From Bacteroidales bacterium (GTDB lineage: Bacteria > Bacteroidota > Bacteroidia > Bacteroidales > WRLA01): 43,705 nt of DNA. Each line of letters begins with the position of its first letter. The first letter of the stretch is position 1. Position numbers and translations under genes: made by a program. The stretch lies in contig JAQUSR010000002.1 in assembly GCA_028710155.1 (NCBI GenBank), positions 1-43,705 on the forward strand, given 5' to 3'. Below, one piece after another: positions 26,977 to 35,166 of the stretch. The notes under the pieces were generated by a model. That model did not search any database. It was not told where the DNA came from and saw only the letters and a list, made by a program, of their open reading frames with translations.

Positions 26977-28152
26977 TTAAATCAATTTTTGATATACTTG
27001 ATACCATCTTTCGGGGACTTCATTTTTACAAGCAACATCATAGTCTTTGTAGGAACACGGTACTAAATATTGTCGCGGAAATTTTTCACGCATTTCTTTC
27101 GAACAATTGATTTCCATCCACCAGCGATCGCTTCGTTTGCTTTTGTAGAAAATCACGTCATCTTCAAAACATTCCGAATTGACAATAAACTTAATAAATT
27201 GATTTTCATTTTCAAACGAATCGCCTTTTCGATTATAAAAACCATCAATAAAATACCAAATCACCTCGGCCGCTAAAAAACAAGTTTGATCGCGATGATC
27301 TAAATCGGGATTTACTTCATAAATACCAAAAGAGGATAATTTATCGCTGATTCCGGCATAGCGTGCGATGGCACATAAATCTTCCCCATAAAAGCCGTTG
27401 GGAGTAGCATCAGCACAACCGGGAGCATCCGACATTCTTACAGCAGAAATATCAATACTCATAATATCTGCATTACGCACCATAGGTTCAATTTCTTCCA
27501 AATTGTTGTTCACGGCTCCCAAACGATAGGCATCAAAAAATAAATTTTTCATCAGCGAAACAGCTTGTGGATCAACAAAATATGTTTGATAACCAATATT
27601 GGTCAAATTGAAGAGAAAATTGGGTTGGTGCATGATGATTTTACTCAAAAACGAATGGTTGTCATCATCGTTAGGTGTTTCACCAATATCGAAACGTGAA
27701 TCAACATTGACAATATTGATTATTTGATTCAATTCTTCGTATGCCATATAATTGGCAAACGTCAAATCTTGACTACCGCCAATAATGATCGGAACAATAT
27801 TATCATTAATCAAATTCGTTAATACAATCGTTAAAGCACAATAAGTATCCGGTAATTCGAATCCCTGTTTAATGTTGCCCAAATCGGCAATATGAATTTT
27901 TGATTGTTGTGGAAACAATTGATATAATTGTTTTCTAATCTCTTGAGGTGCTCTTTCACAACCGCTGTTATTTTGAGCAGCACGCGATTCTTCAACGCCG
28001 ATGATGGCTAAATCGATGTTTTCCAATGAGGGGAATTGTCCCGTTTCACTGTAAAAATGCACCAAATCGCCCAAACGTTGCTGTCTTTGATCCGAAAGAT
28101 GAAAGTCATCCAGAGAGATCGGATTCAAAAATTCTTCAAAATTTATCATCAA
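26977..28152 (-). CDS. Arginase/formiminoglutamase-fold protein with non-canonical metal-site residues and a ~90-aa C-terminal extension
   Basis: 391 aa. The ureohydrolase blocks are recognisable but altered: IIGGSQDLT (canonical GG[DG]H), VNVDSRFD (canonical DAHxD), SIDISAVRMSDAPG (canonical SxDxDxxDP). The Cys/Trp-rich tail has no ureohydrolase counterpart. Confidence 0.7.
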   Translation of the reverse strand: MMINFEEFLNPISLDDFHLSDQRQQRLGDLVHFYSETGQFPSLENIDLAIIGVEESRAAQNNSGCERAPQEIRKQLYQLFPQQSKIHIADLGNIKQGFELPDTYCALTIVLTNLINDNIVPIIIGGSQDLTFANYMAYEELNQIINIVNVDSRFDIGETPNDDDNHSFLSKIIMHQPNFLFNLTNIGYQTYFVDPQAVSLMKNLFFDAYRLGAVNNNLEEIEPMVRNADIMSIDISAVRMSDAPGCADATPNGFYGEDLCAIARYAGISDKLSSFGIYEVNPDLDHRDQTCFLAAEVIWYFIDGFYNRKGDSFENENQFIKFIVNSECFEDDVIFYKSKRSDRWWMEINCSKEMREKFPRQYLVPCSYKDYDVACKNEVPERWYQVYQKLI

Positions 28153-28183
28153 AGTGAGTTTCTAATATTTTCAAAAAATTTGA

Positions 28184-30529
28184 TTATTCGGTAGCACTTT
28201 CACGTTTTTTCTTGCTTCGAAAAGGTGTTTTTTTATCTGTGGTTTCTGCTTTAGAAATAATTTCCATACAAGCTTCCAACGATAAATCTGCTACTTCGGT
28301 TCCTTTCGGAATTTTGTAATTCTTTTTATTGAACGAGATGTAAGCTCCATAACGTCCGTTGATAATTTTCAACTCCGAATTCTCAAAAGTTTTTAATATT
28401 TTTTGTAAATCGGCTTTGTTTTTATCATCAATAAGTTGAACAGCTTCTTCTATCGTGATTGACATCGGGTCGTACAATTTGCCTAAAGAATAGAATTTTC
28501 CTTGATAACGAATATAGGGACCAAATTTTCCTACTGATGCCACAATTTCTTCTCCATTGTTCGATCCGACAACTCTAGGGAGTTTAAAAAGATCTAATGC
28601 CTCTTCCAAAGTAATGGTTTCAATACTTTGTGTTTTTTTCAAAGCAGCATATTTGGGTTTTTCTTCTTCGTGCAACAATCCAATTTGAGCAACGGCTCCA
28701 TAGCGTCCCAATTTAACCAAAATCGGTTTTCCCGATTTGGGGTCAATTCCCAACTGACGTTCTCTTTTCACAAAATCCGATTGTTCAATTGCTATTTTTA
28801 CAGACTGATGAAAAGGTTGATAAAAACGGTCGATCATTTTTGCCCATTCCATTTTTCCTTCGGCAATTTCGTCAAATTCTTTTTCTACCGATGCAGTAAA
28901 TTGAAAATCCATAATCTTTTCAAAGTTGTTCATCAAGTAGTTATTTACCAAAGAACCTACATCGGTCGGAATGAGTTTGTCTTTTTCAAAGCCCACTTTC
29001 TCTTTTTTGATCGTCTCTTTTATCTTATTGTTTTTCAACACTAAATAATTAAAATCTCGATAGTTGCCTTCGCAATTGGTTTTCAAAACATATTCACGTT
29101 TTAAAATAGTCGAGATCGTAGGTGCATAGGTTGACGGACGTCCAATACCTAATTCTTCCATTTTTTTCACCAAACTAGCTTCCGTATAACGATAAGGTTG
29201 TTGCGTGAATTTTTGCGTTGCATCGATAGCGTCATAGGCTAAAATTTCTCCATTTACAACTGTCGGCAAAACACCCGAAAAATCACTCTCTTTTGATTCG
29301 TCATCCGTTGATTCGTGATAAACTTTCAAAAAACCGTCAAATTTGATCACCTCTCCTCGTGCCACAAAATCGTGCCCGTTCATCGAATGTTTAATGTATA
29401 TGATCGTTTTTTCTATTTCGGCATCACTCATTTGTGAAGCAATGGTTCTTTTCCAAATCAAATCATACAAACGTTTTTGATCGGCAGTACCGGCAATCTC
29501 TTTGTTTTCAAAATAGGTGGGACGAATGGCTTCGTGGGCTTCTTGAGCACCTTTAATATTCGTTGTGTATTGACGTCTTTTAGAATATTTTTCGCCATAA
29601 TTAGCAACAATTAAATTTTTTGCTGATGAATGAGCGATATTGGATAAATTGACCGAATCGGTACGCATATAGGTGATTTTTCCGCTTTCATATAATTGCT
29701 GTGCAATCGTCATTGTTTTTGAAACAGAAAAATTGAGTTTTCGGCTGGCTTCTTGTTGTAATGTTGAAGTAGTAAACGGAGGAGCCGGTGATTTTTTTCC
29801 GGGTTTTTTTTCTAAAGCAGAGACTTCAAAAGTGGCATCAATACAACTTTTTAAAAACTCTTCAGCTGCTTCTTTGGTGGCAAACCGTTGAGAAAATTCA
29901 GCAGGAAGTATTCCTTGTCCATACTGATTTTTTACAATAAACTGCGCCGTAATTCGATAGGAAAATTCTGATTGAAAATGGCGAATTTTTTCTTCTTGAT
30001 CCACAATCAATCGAACTGCTGCCGATTGAACACGTCCGGCAGAGGTGCCCGGTTTCAACTTTTTCCATAATACAGGCGATAATTCATAACCCACCAAACG
30101 ATCCAAAACACGACGGGCTTGTTGAGCATTCACCAAATTGATATCAATATGTCTCGGCTCTTTGATAGCGTGTTCAATAGCCGGTTTTGTGATTTCATGA
30201 AAAACAATACGTTTTGTAGATGAAATATCCAAGCCTAACGTTTCGGCTAAATGCCATGCAATGGCTTCTCCTTCGCGATCCTCATCAGATGCTAACCAAA
30301 CCGTTTCCGATTTTTTTAAACAATCGCTCAAATCATCAATAATCTTTTTCTTATCGCTAGTAATCTCATATTTGGGTTTGTAATCATGATCAAGATCAAT
30401 GCTCAATTCGCTTTTTGGCAAATCACGAACGTGTCCAAAACTAGATTTTACCTGAAAATCTTTTCCAAGAAACTTTTCAATAGTTTTTGCCTTAGCAGGC
30501 GACTCAACAATTACCAAATTTTTTGCCAT
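28184..30529 (-). CDS. topA: DNA topoisomerase I (type IA)
   Basis: TOPRIM N-terminus LVIVESPAKAKTIEKFLG, DEDREGE, and the active-site Tyr region GKITYMRTDS. 781 aa. Confidence 0.95.
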   Translation of the reverse strand: MAKNLVIVESPAKAKTIEKFLGKDFQVKSSFGHVRDLPKSELSIDLDHDYKPKYEITSDKKKIIDDLSDCLKKSETVWLASDEDREGEAIAWHLAETLGLDISSTKRIVFHEITKPAIEHAIKEPRHIDINLVNAQQARRVLDRLVGYELSPVLWKKLKPGTSAGRVQSAAVRLIVDQEEKIRHFQSEFSYRITAQFIVKNQYGQGILPAEFSQRFATKEAAEEFLKSCIDATFEVSALEKKPGKKSPAPPFTTSTLQQEASRKLNFSVSKTMTIAQQLYESGKITYMRTDSVNLSNIAHSSAKNLIVANYGEKYSKRRQYTTNIKGAQEAHEAIRPTYFENKEIAGTADQKRLYDLIWKRTIASQMSDAEIEKTIIYIKHSMNGHDFVARGEVIKFDGFLKVYHESTDDESKESDFSGVLPTVVNGEILAYDAIDATQKFTQQPYRYTEASLVKKMEELGIGRPSTYAPTISTILKREYVLKTNCEGNYRDFNYLVLKNNKIKETIKKEKVGFEKDKLIPTDVGSLVNNYLMNNFEKIMDFQFTASVEKEFDEIAEGKMEWAKMIDRFYQPFHQSVKIAIEQSDFVKRERQLGIDPKSGKPILVKLGRYGAVAQIGLLHEEEKPKYAALKKTQSIETITLEEALDLFKLPRVVGSNNGEEIVASVGKFGPYIRYQGKFYSLGKLYDPMSITIEEAVQLIDDKNKADLQKILKTFENSELKIINGRYGAYISFNKKNYKIPKGTEVADLSLEACMEIISKAETTDKKTPFRSKKKRESATE

Positions 30530-30554
30530 ACAATTATGTATTTTTAAAGAGGTG

Positions 30555-30562
30555 CAAAGGTA
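30555..30562 (-). promoter_or_regulatory. -7 box TAccTTTG (minus strand) for the topA operon
   Basis: Plus-strand gaggtgCAAAGGTAc, 26 nt upstream of the topA start. Confidence 0.6.
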
Positions 30563-30633
30563 CTTTTTCTGATTTATTTTTTATAGGTTAAAAAATGTTA
30601 AGACGATTTTTTCTACTACACCTTATATATACC

Positions 30634-30670
30634 TAAAAAATTCAGCCATTTTCACAGCTGAATTTTTTTA
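30634..30670. terminator. Bidirectional intrinsic terminator downstream of the beta-barrel gene
   Basis: Stem aattcagc / gctgaatt with a 10-nt loop, an A-run upstream and a 7-T run downstream. Confidence 0.7.
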
Positions 30671-30719
30671 TATTAAAACCTTTTACGAGTATTTATTTCG
30701 TTAAACCTATCTTAGTTGC

Positions 30720-32246
30720 TTATTCTCCTTCTTCCTTTTCGGTTTTATCTTTCGATTTTTTCGGCTCCTTGGGTGCTTTAGGTTGTTTTTCCTCTTTTTG
30801 ATCGGGAACAGCAGAGAACAAGTCTTCTTTTGTAACTTTACCCCAATTGAAAACCAATCCGATTTGAGCATTCATTTGAGAAGCGTTTAACGGATTGAAT
30901 ACCGACAAGATGTTATTGGTGGATGCATAAATATTAAAAATACCCAAATTAAATCCTACGCCGAAACCCACATTAGCATAACTTCGTTTCATCATGGTAT
31001 AATTGACACATACATCAATGATTTTGAAAAAATTACCGTCATAAGCCACTGTAAATGCCGGATAAAACGCACCATTATAAAAAGCACCTTGAAAAACTGC
31101 TGAAAACCGATGCATCTTTCCTAAATCATAATATCCTTCTACTGAGAAATTTGTATTTAATTGGGTAGAATATTTTCCCATCTCTTTACCTTCAATTGGA
31201 AAATAATTCTTCAACGAATCCACAAATTGTCTTCTATACGCCGTGTCGTTAATGATATTTTGTAATTCATTGTGATCTAATCCGTTAAAATAAAAACTAC
31301 CATTTTCGTAAAACTGACCGCCATCGGCAAGCGTGCTATTCACCGTTTGATTGTTTGTTTTCCAACTGATAAAACCCAAATCATTAATTGAGGCAGCAAC
31401 TCCAATTTCTTTCGTAATTTTATATTCGGCACCCAAGTCAATTCCGAAACCAATATTTTTAAATGAAGGTGTAATAATATTACTAGTGAAAGCATCCATA
31501 TCAACATTTACTTTTTGGTCTTTGATAATAATAGGTGTGATAGATGAAATATTAGCATCCAAGCCATATTGCAACCGAATATCATACGTTGATGCGTCGG
31601 TATAAACTTTTGCGTTAATGTTGTTGGTTTTTATATTGGCAAGTCCAAATAATATTTTGGGTCTCGCTCCTATCGATAATTTTTCGTTAATAACTCGCTG
31701 ATACCCTATTGCCAACTCTTGATAAACATTCATATTTAATTTCAAATCGATATTTGCCGGATTATCTTCTCCCAAATACATTGAGTTTCCTTTGAACGGT
31801 AACTTAAAAAGAGCATCCGAAAAATTGAGGTTTCCATGTGCATGTAATCGATAACTCACTGAAAAGAAATTCTTTTTCAACCGAAAACCGAATCCCAAAA
31901 GTTCTTCATTCAATCTCAGATTTATCCAGTTGTCGGTTTTCAATTGATCTAAAAAACCATCTACCATTATTGATTGTGGTGTGTTATTAGGACCCATTTT
32001 AAAAATCTTATCGTAGTGAAGACTTGAATTTTGCAAAAAGATGTTTGTATTCCCTAATGCAGGAATTCCGATATAGGCATCATACGGTAGAAAATAGGCC
32101 GGATTTGAAAAATTGGAATACGGATTCATGCGCATAAAACGCAAGGTTGAAACATCTTGTCCGCACACTTGCGACACGACCATAAACCAAAAAATGCAAA
32201 CGGCTATACAATAATTAATTTTATTATTTTTCATGGTTATAAACAT
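30720..32246 (-). CDS. Predicted outer-membrane beta-barrel protein (PorP/SprF-like N-terminus) with a Lys/Glu-rich C-terminal tail; uncharacterised
   Basis: 508 aa. Signal peptide ending VCGQ. Alternating hydrophobic beta-strand pattern with aromatic-rich segments throughout. NPAY-containing N-terminal segment QDVSTLRFMRMNPYSNFSNPAYF. Tail VPDQKEEKQPKAPKEPKKSKDKTEKEEGE. Confidence 0.55.
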   Translation of the reverse strand: MFITMKNNKINYCIAVCIFWFMVVSQVCGQDVSTLRFMRMNPYSNFSNPAYFLPYDAYIGIPALGNTNIFLQNSSLHYDKIFKMGPNNTPQSIMVDGFLDQLKTDNWINLRLNEELLGFGFRLKKNFFSVSYRLHAHGNLNFSDALFKLPFKGNSMYLGEDNPANIDLKLNMNVYQELAIGYQRVINEKLSIGARPKILFGLANIKTNNINAKVYTDASTYDIRLQYGLDANISSITPIIIKDQKVNVDMDAFTSNIITPSFKNIGFGIDLGAEYKITKEIGVAASINDLGFISWKTNNQTVNSTLADGGQFYENGSFYFNGLDHNELQNIINDTAYRRQFVDSLKNYFPIEGKEMGKYSTQLNTNFSVEGYYDLGKMHRFSAVFQGAFYNGAFYPAFTVAYDGNFFKIIDVCVNYTMMKRSYANVGFGVGFNLGIFNIYASTNNILSVFNPLNASQMNAQIGLVFNWGKVTKEDLFSAVPDQKEEKQPKAPKEPKKSKDKTEKEEGE

Positions 32247-32252
32247 TTTAAG

Positions 32253-33806
32253 TTATAATTCAATATCTGCACCGGAATAGGTTACACTAACTCCAACCAC
32301 AGCACCTAAAAAATTTTCACTTGTGAACGTAACTTCATGACCTTCTGTCGCAATTTTGAACCGCATAATCAATTTATTGGCTTTCAAGAAATTTTGAATA
32401 CGTTCATTGGTGATGTGAACAAAAATTGGATCTCGTTCAACAGGAATCCCATCATAAGCACCGTCTAAAAATTCGGCTTCGGTAAACATCGAATCAACTA
32501 CGGTATTAGTTATTGAATCATAAGCAATAATTTGAGCATCAACATCTAACGGGATCCCGTTAGTAAGTGCAACTCTGAAATCCAATGCTTCAATATGATC
32601 TACCTCTTTAATATCGCTTAAAGTAAAACTAGTCGTATCTCTGTAATATGCATTATCAATTTTGAGTTGAAAAGGCAGTTCTGCAGCCACCTTGACGCTG
32701 ATGGTTGAAGTGTCGTAAACCGAAATTACGCCTTGAGAAAATCCATTCGGATTCAACGTAGCCATGCCCGATGCTACAAATCTGTTATATAGTGATTCAA
32801 AATGAATTTTCTCTATTTCTTCGATTTGATCTTTAATATATTCGTTTGGAGAAATGGGAATATTTACTAGAGTCGGTACAATTTCTAATAATGAAGAAGC
32901 GCAGTTATCGCCTGTAAATTCGGCAACATCGACTCTCAAAAGGCCTTCCACATTAAAAGAATTTCTAGTATAAAGAACCAAACGAGGATTGAAAATGGTA
33001 ATATCACCTCCAAAATTGGTTGAAAATAAATTAAAGGGTGTTTCAACACTTAACGGCATCGAATATGCCGCAACCTTCGCTGATGCGTCTTTTAAACTGA
33101 AATTGGATAAATGTATTTCCGTATTTACATGAAACATAGGTGTTTCATCGCCATTAGAAAGAAAATGAAATTGATATTGAAAAGCAATTGTATTGTTGGG
33201 TTCCAAAGTTATGGTACAATTTTCCAAGTTAATAGAAAAAATGATAACAAGACCTTGATTTGAATGTAATGTCTTCGAAAAAAAAACACCGTCTTCTGTC
33301 TTTATGTTGGTTGTCGAAATGACAACATCATATTCATCCACATCAATATCGTGTGCTATTTGCACATCCAATAAACCCGTTTTAACAGTTGCGGAATTAA
33401 CTTCAACCAATTCTGAAGCAAAACTCAGTTGCTGATTGTATTCTAAAGTTACAGAAGCCCCCACAATACCCGGTGATGGATTATCCAATTCAGTCTCATC
33501 AACTTGATCCACATCGTCAAATTTTAATAAATCCGAGGCCCTTACTACATTGTCCTGAGTTAACTCATATACATACTTCAACGTTCCATCATCAGCCGTA
33601 GAAATATAGCCTTCTCTATCAAATTGTGAAAGTACTTCGCTGATAGGATATTGGGTATTAATCAACGGAAGTGACCAAACCCCATCAGCTTCAATAGAAT
33701 TTAGATCTTTAAAATTGAGCCGATCTTTTTTGCAGGAAAGAAAATGAATCACGCATAAAATCATTATCAATCCCATTAAAATGGCAATCTGTTTTTTCAT
33801 AGACAT
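32253..33806 (-). CDS. Predicted lipoprotein, uncharacterised (517 aa)
   Basis: Signal peptide plus lipobox (ILCVIHFLSC). Acidic, beta-rich mature protein with no motif I recognise. Its stop lies 6 nt before the start of the beta-barrel gene. Confidence 0.6.
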   Translation of the reverse strand: MSMKKQIAILMGLIMILCVIHFLSCKKDRLNFKDLNSIEADGVWSLPLINTQYPISEVLSQFDREGYISTADDGTLKYVYELTQDNVVRASDLLKFDDVDQVDETELDNPSPGIVGASVTLEYNQQLSFASELVEVNSATVKTGLLDVQIAHDIDVDEYDVVISTTNIKTEDGVFFSKTLHSNQGLVIIFSINLENCTITLEPNNTIAFQYQFHFLSNGDETPMFHVNTEIHLSNFSLKDASAKVAAYSMPLSVETPFNLFSTNFGGDITIFNPRLVLYTRNSFNVEGLLRVDVAEFTGDNCASSLLEIVPTLVNIPISPNEYIKDQIEEIEKIHFESLYNRFVASGMATLNPNGFSQGVISVYDTSTISVKVAAELPFQLKIDNAYYRDTTSFTLSDIKEVDHIEALDFRVALTNGIPLDVDAQIIAYDSITNTVVDSMFTEAEFLDGAYDGIPVERDPIFVHITNERIQNFLKANKLIMRFKIATEGHEVTFTSENFLGAVVGVSVTYSGADIEL

Positions 33807-33889
33807 AAATTAAATTATTGATTTTAAATATCTTATATGATTAATAATGAATGAATTAAACACAATTTTCTCAATCAGATAATCTTTGG

Positions 33890-33897
33890 CAAAGTTA
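33890..33897 (-). promoter_or_regulatory. -7 box TAacTTTG (minus strand) for the lipoprotein / beta-barrel operon
   Basis: Plus-strand ggCAAAGTTAat, ~84 nt upstream of the start at 33806. Confidence 0.45.
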
Positions 33898-33947
33898 ATA
33901 ATTTTTTTAATATCAAACAATATTTCAATTAATATTTTAAAATGTAT

Positions 33948-33982
33948 ATGTGATTTAACTTATTGTTGTTCATGTGATTTAA
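33948..33982. repeat. Two copies of an 11-bp direct repeat ATGTGATTTAA spaced 24 bp start-to-start in a divergent promoter region
   Basis: Read directly: 33948-33958 and 33972-33982. Confidence 0.8.
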
Positions 33983-34039
33983 AAATCATCCATCAAAAAA
34001 GATTTTTTATAAAAAAGAATACTTTATGTTAAAATATGT

Positions 34040-34047
34040 TACCTTTG
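34040..34047 (+). promoter_or_regulatory. -7 box TAccTTTG for the 197-aa lipoprotein gene
   Basis: atgtTACCTTTGCAtcg, 34 nt upstream of the ATG at 34081. Confidence 0.6.
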
Positions 34048-34080
34048 CATCGAAATTTATTATAAAATTATTTAATTATT

Positions 34081-34674
34081 ATGAAAAATCTTACGATATT
34101 AATTAAAAGTGTGTTGATTGCAATAGCCATCGTAATAATTGGATGCGAACCATTCGATTTTAATCCTTTTCAATCTGATCCGAATAATCAATTTACTATT
34201 GTCAATGCAGCCGGCGACACTTCAAAATGCAATATCGGATTCGGTATTGCCATTTCACGTCCGCTTAATGATTCTTTATTATTATCGTATGTTGGTGATC
34301 CCACCATTTCTCAAGTTCTCTCGAACATAAATGAAGATTCGATGATGGCAACCGTCATTGTATTATCCACATTGGAATTTGACGAAAACACCGATTTAAT
34401 GACCATTATTTTGTTGGATCAAGATGACATTAACAGCGGAACACACCATTGTTTGCCATTTGAACAAACCATGTTACCCAATTTCGTCCTTCCAGATAAT
34501 TCGTTCTTGGGTTATGTAAAAGTCAATGCCAACAGCATCATTATGCACAATGCAACAGTTGTAATTTCTGAAGAAGAGGGCTCTTACGAAATTGATATTG
34601 AAGACGGTTCTGCCTTAACCGGTGAACATTTTTCTTGTCATTTCAAAGGATTGCTTCCTCGTATTTCGAATTAA
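34081..34674 (+). CDS. Predicted lipoprotein, uncharacterised (197 aa)
   Basis: Signal peptide with lipobox VIIGC. No recognisable catalytic motifs. Confidence 0.6.
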   Translation: MKNLTILIKSVLIAIAIVIIGCEPFDFNPFQSDPNNQFTIVNAAGDTSKCNIGFGIAISRPLNDSLLLSYVGDPTISQVLSNINEDSMMATVIVLSTLEFDENTDLMTIILLDQDDINSGTHHCLPFEQTMLPNFVLPDNSFLGYVKVNANSIIMHNATVVISEEEGSYEIDIEDGSALTGEHFSCHFKGLLPRISN

Positions 34675-34709
34675 TCTTAAAAAATTTCTTGAATACAATT
34701 TTAAAATAC

Positions 34710-34717
34710 TACTTTTG
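34710..34717 (+). promoter_or_regulatory. -7 box TActTTTG for a small lipoprotein ORF
   Basis: aataCTACTTTTGCCCC, 27 nt upstream of the ATG at 34744. Confidence 0.5.
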
Positions 34718-34743
34718 CCCCAATTTTTTAAATCATCATTTGT

Positions 34744-34875
34744 ATGAAAAAGTTAATTATTATTTTGTTAACCATGTGTATCGTTTGTCTTTCAATATCA
34801 GCTTGTAGTTCTCAAAGATCAACTTGTCCGGCATATCAAGACTTGAATAAATTCAAACATGAACGTGCTTATTAA
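34744..34875 (+). CDS. Small predicted lipoprotein (43 aa), absent from the ORF track because it is under 60 aa
   Basis: MKKLIIILLTMCIVCLSISACSSQRSTCPAYQDLNKFKHERAY. Lipobox ISAC. Own -7 box upstream, and a hairpin plus T-run downstream. Confidence 0.5.
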   Translation: MKKLIIILLTMCIVCLSISACSSQRSTCPAYQDLNKFKHERAY

Positions 34876-34898
34876 AATTTGAGCGTTCATTTTTTTTC
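34859..34898 (+). terminator. Possible intrinsic terminator overlapping the small-ORF stop
   Basis: Stem atgaacg / cgttcat with an 18-nt loop, followed by tttttttt. The large loop lowers confidence. Confidence 0.4.
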
Positions 34899-35041
34899 GA
34901 TTTTTTTGTTTAAAAATTTGCTTTTTTTGAATAAATAATTAATTTTAATCGTATAAAATATTTGTAATTTATTCTATTACAAAATTCTATTTGAGAAAAA
35001 TATTTTTTTACAAAAAGTTGATTTTCACACCAAAAAATAAT

Positions 35042-35049
35042 TACCTTTG
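35042..35049 (+). promoter_or_regulatory. -7 box TAccTTTG for tRNA-Arg
   Basis: aatTACCTTTGCACCCGC, 17 nt upstream of the tRNA 5' end. Confidence 0.65.
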
Positions 35050-35065
35050 CACCCGCAAAAAGGAA

Positions 35066-35139
35066 GGCTCCGTGGCTCAACTGAATAGAGCATCTGACTA
35101 CGGATCAGAAGGTTGTGGGTTTGAATCCCGCCGGAGTCA
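35066..35139 (+). tRNA. tRNA-Arg (anticodon ACG); no encoded CCA
   Basis: GGCTCCG TG GCTC AACTGAATA GAGC A TCTGA CTACGGA TCAGA AGGTT GTGGG TTTGAAT CCCGC CGGAGTC A (74 nt). The D-loop reads TGAA instead of TGGA. The T-loop reads TTTGAAT instead of TTCGAAT. Confidence 0.9.
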
Positions 35140-35144
35140 CTAAA

Positions 35145-35166
35145 AACCGCAAATGCGGTTTTTTTT
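35145..35166 (+). terminator. Rho-independent terminator after tRNA-Arg
   Basis: Stem aaccgc / gcggtt with loop aaat, followed by an 8-T run. Confidence 0.85.

Noticed and set aside
26147-35139. Possible genomic island bounded by the two tRNA genes.
   Set aside because: I saw no integrase, recombinase or transposase and no direct repeat of a tRNA 3' end. The interval contains core genes (udk, topA). The tRNAs are on opposite strands, each with its own promoter and terminator.
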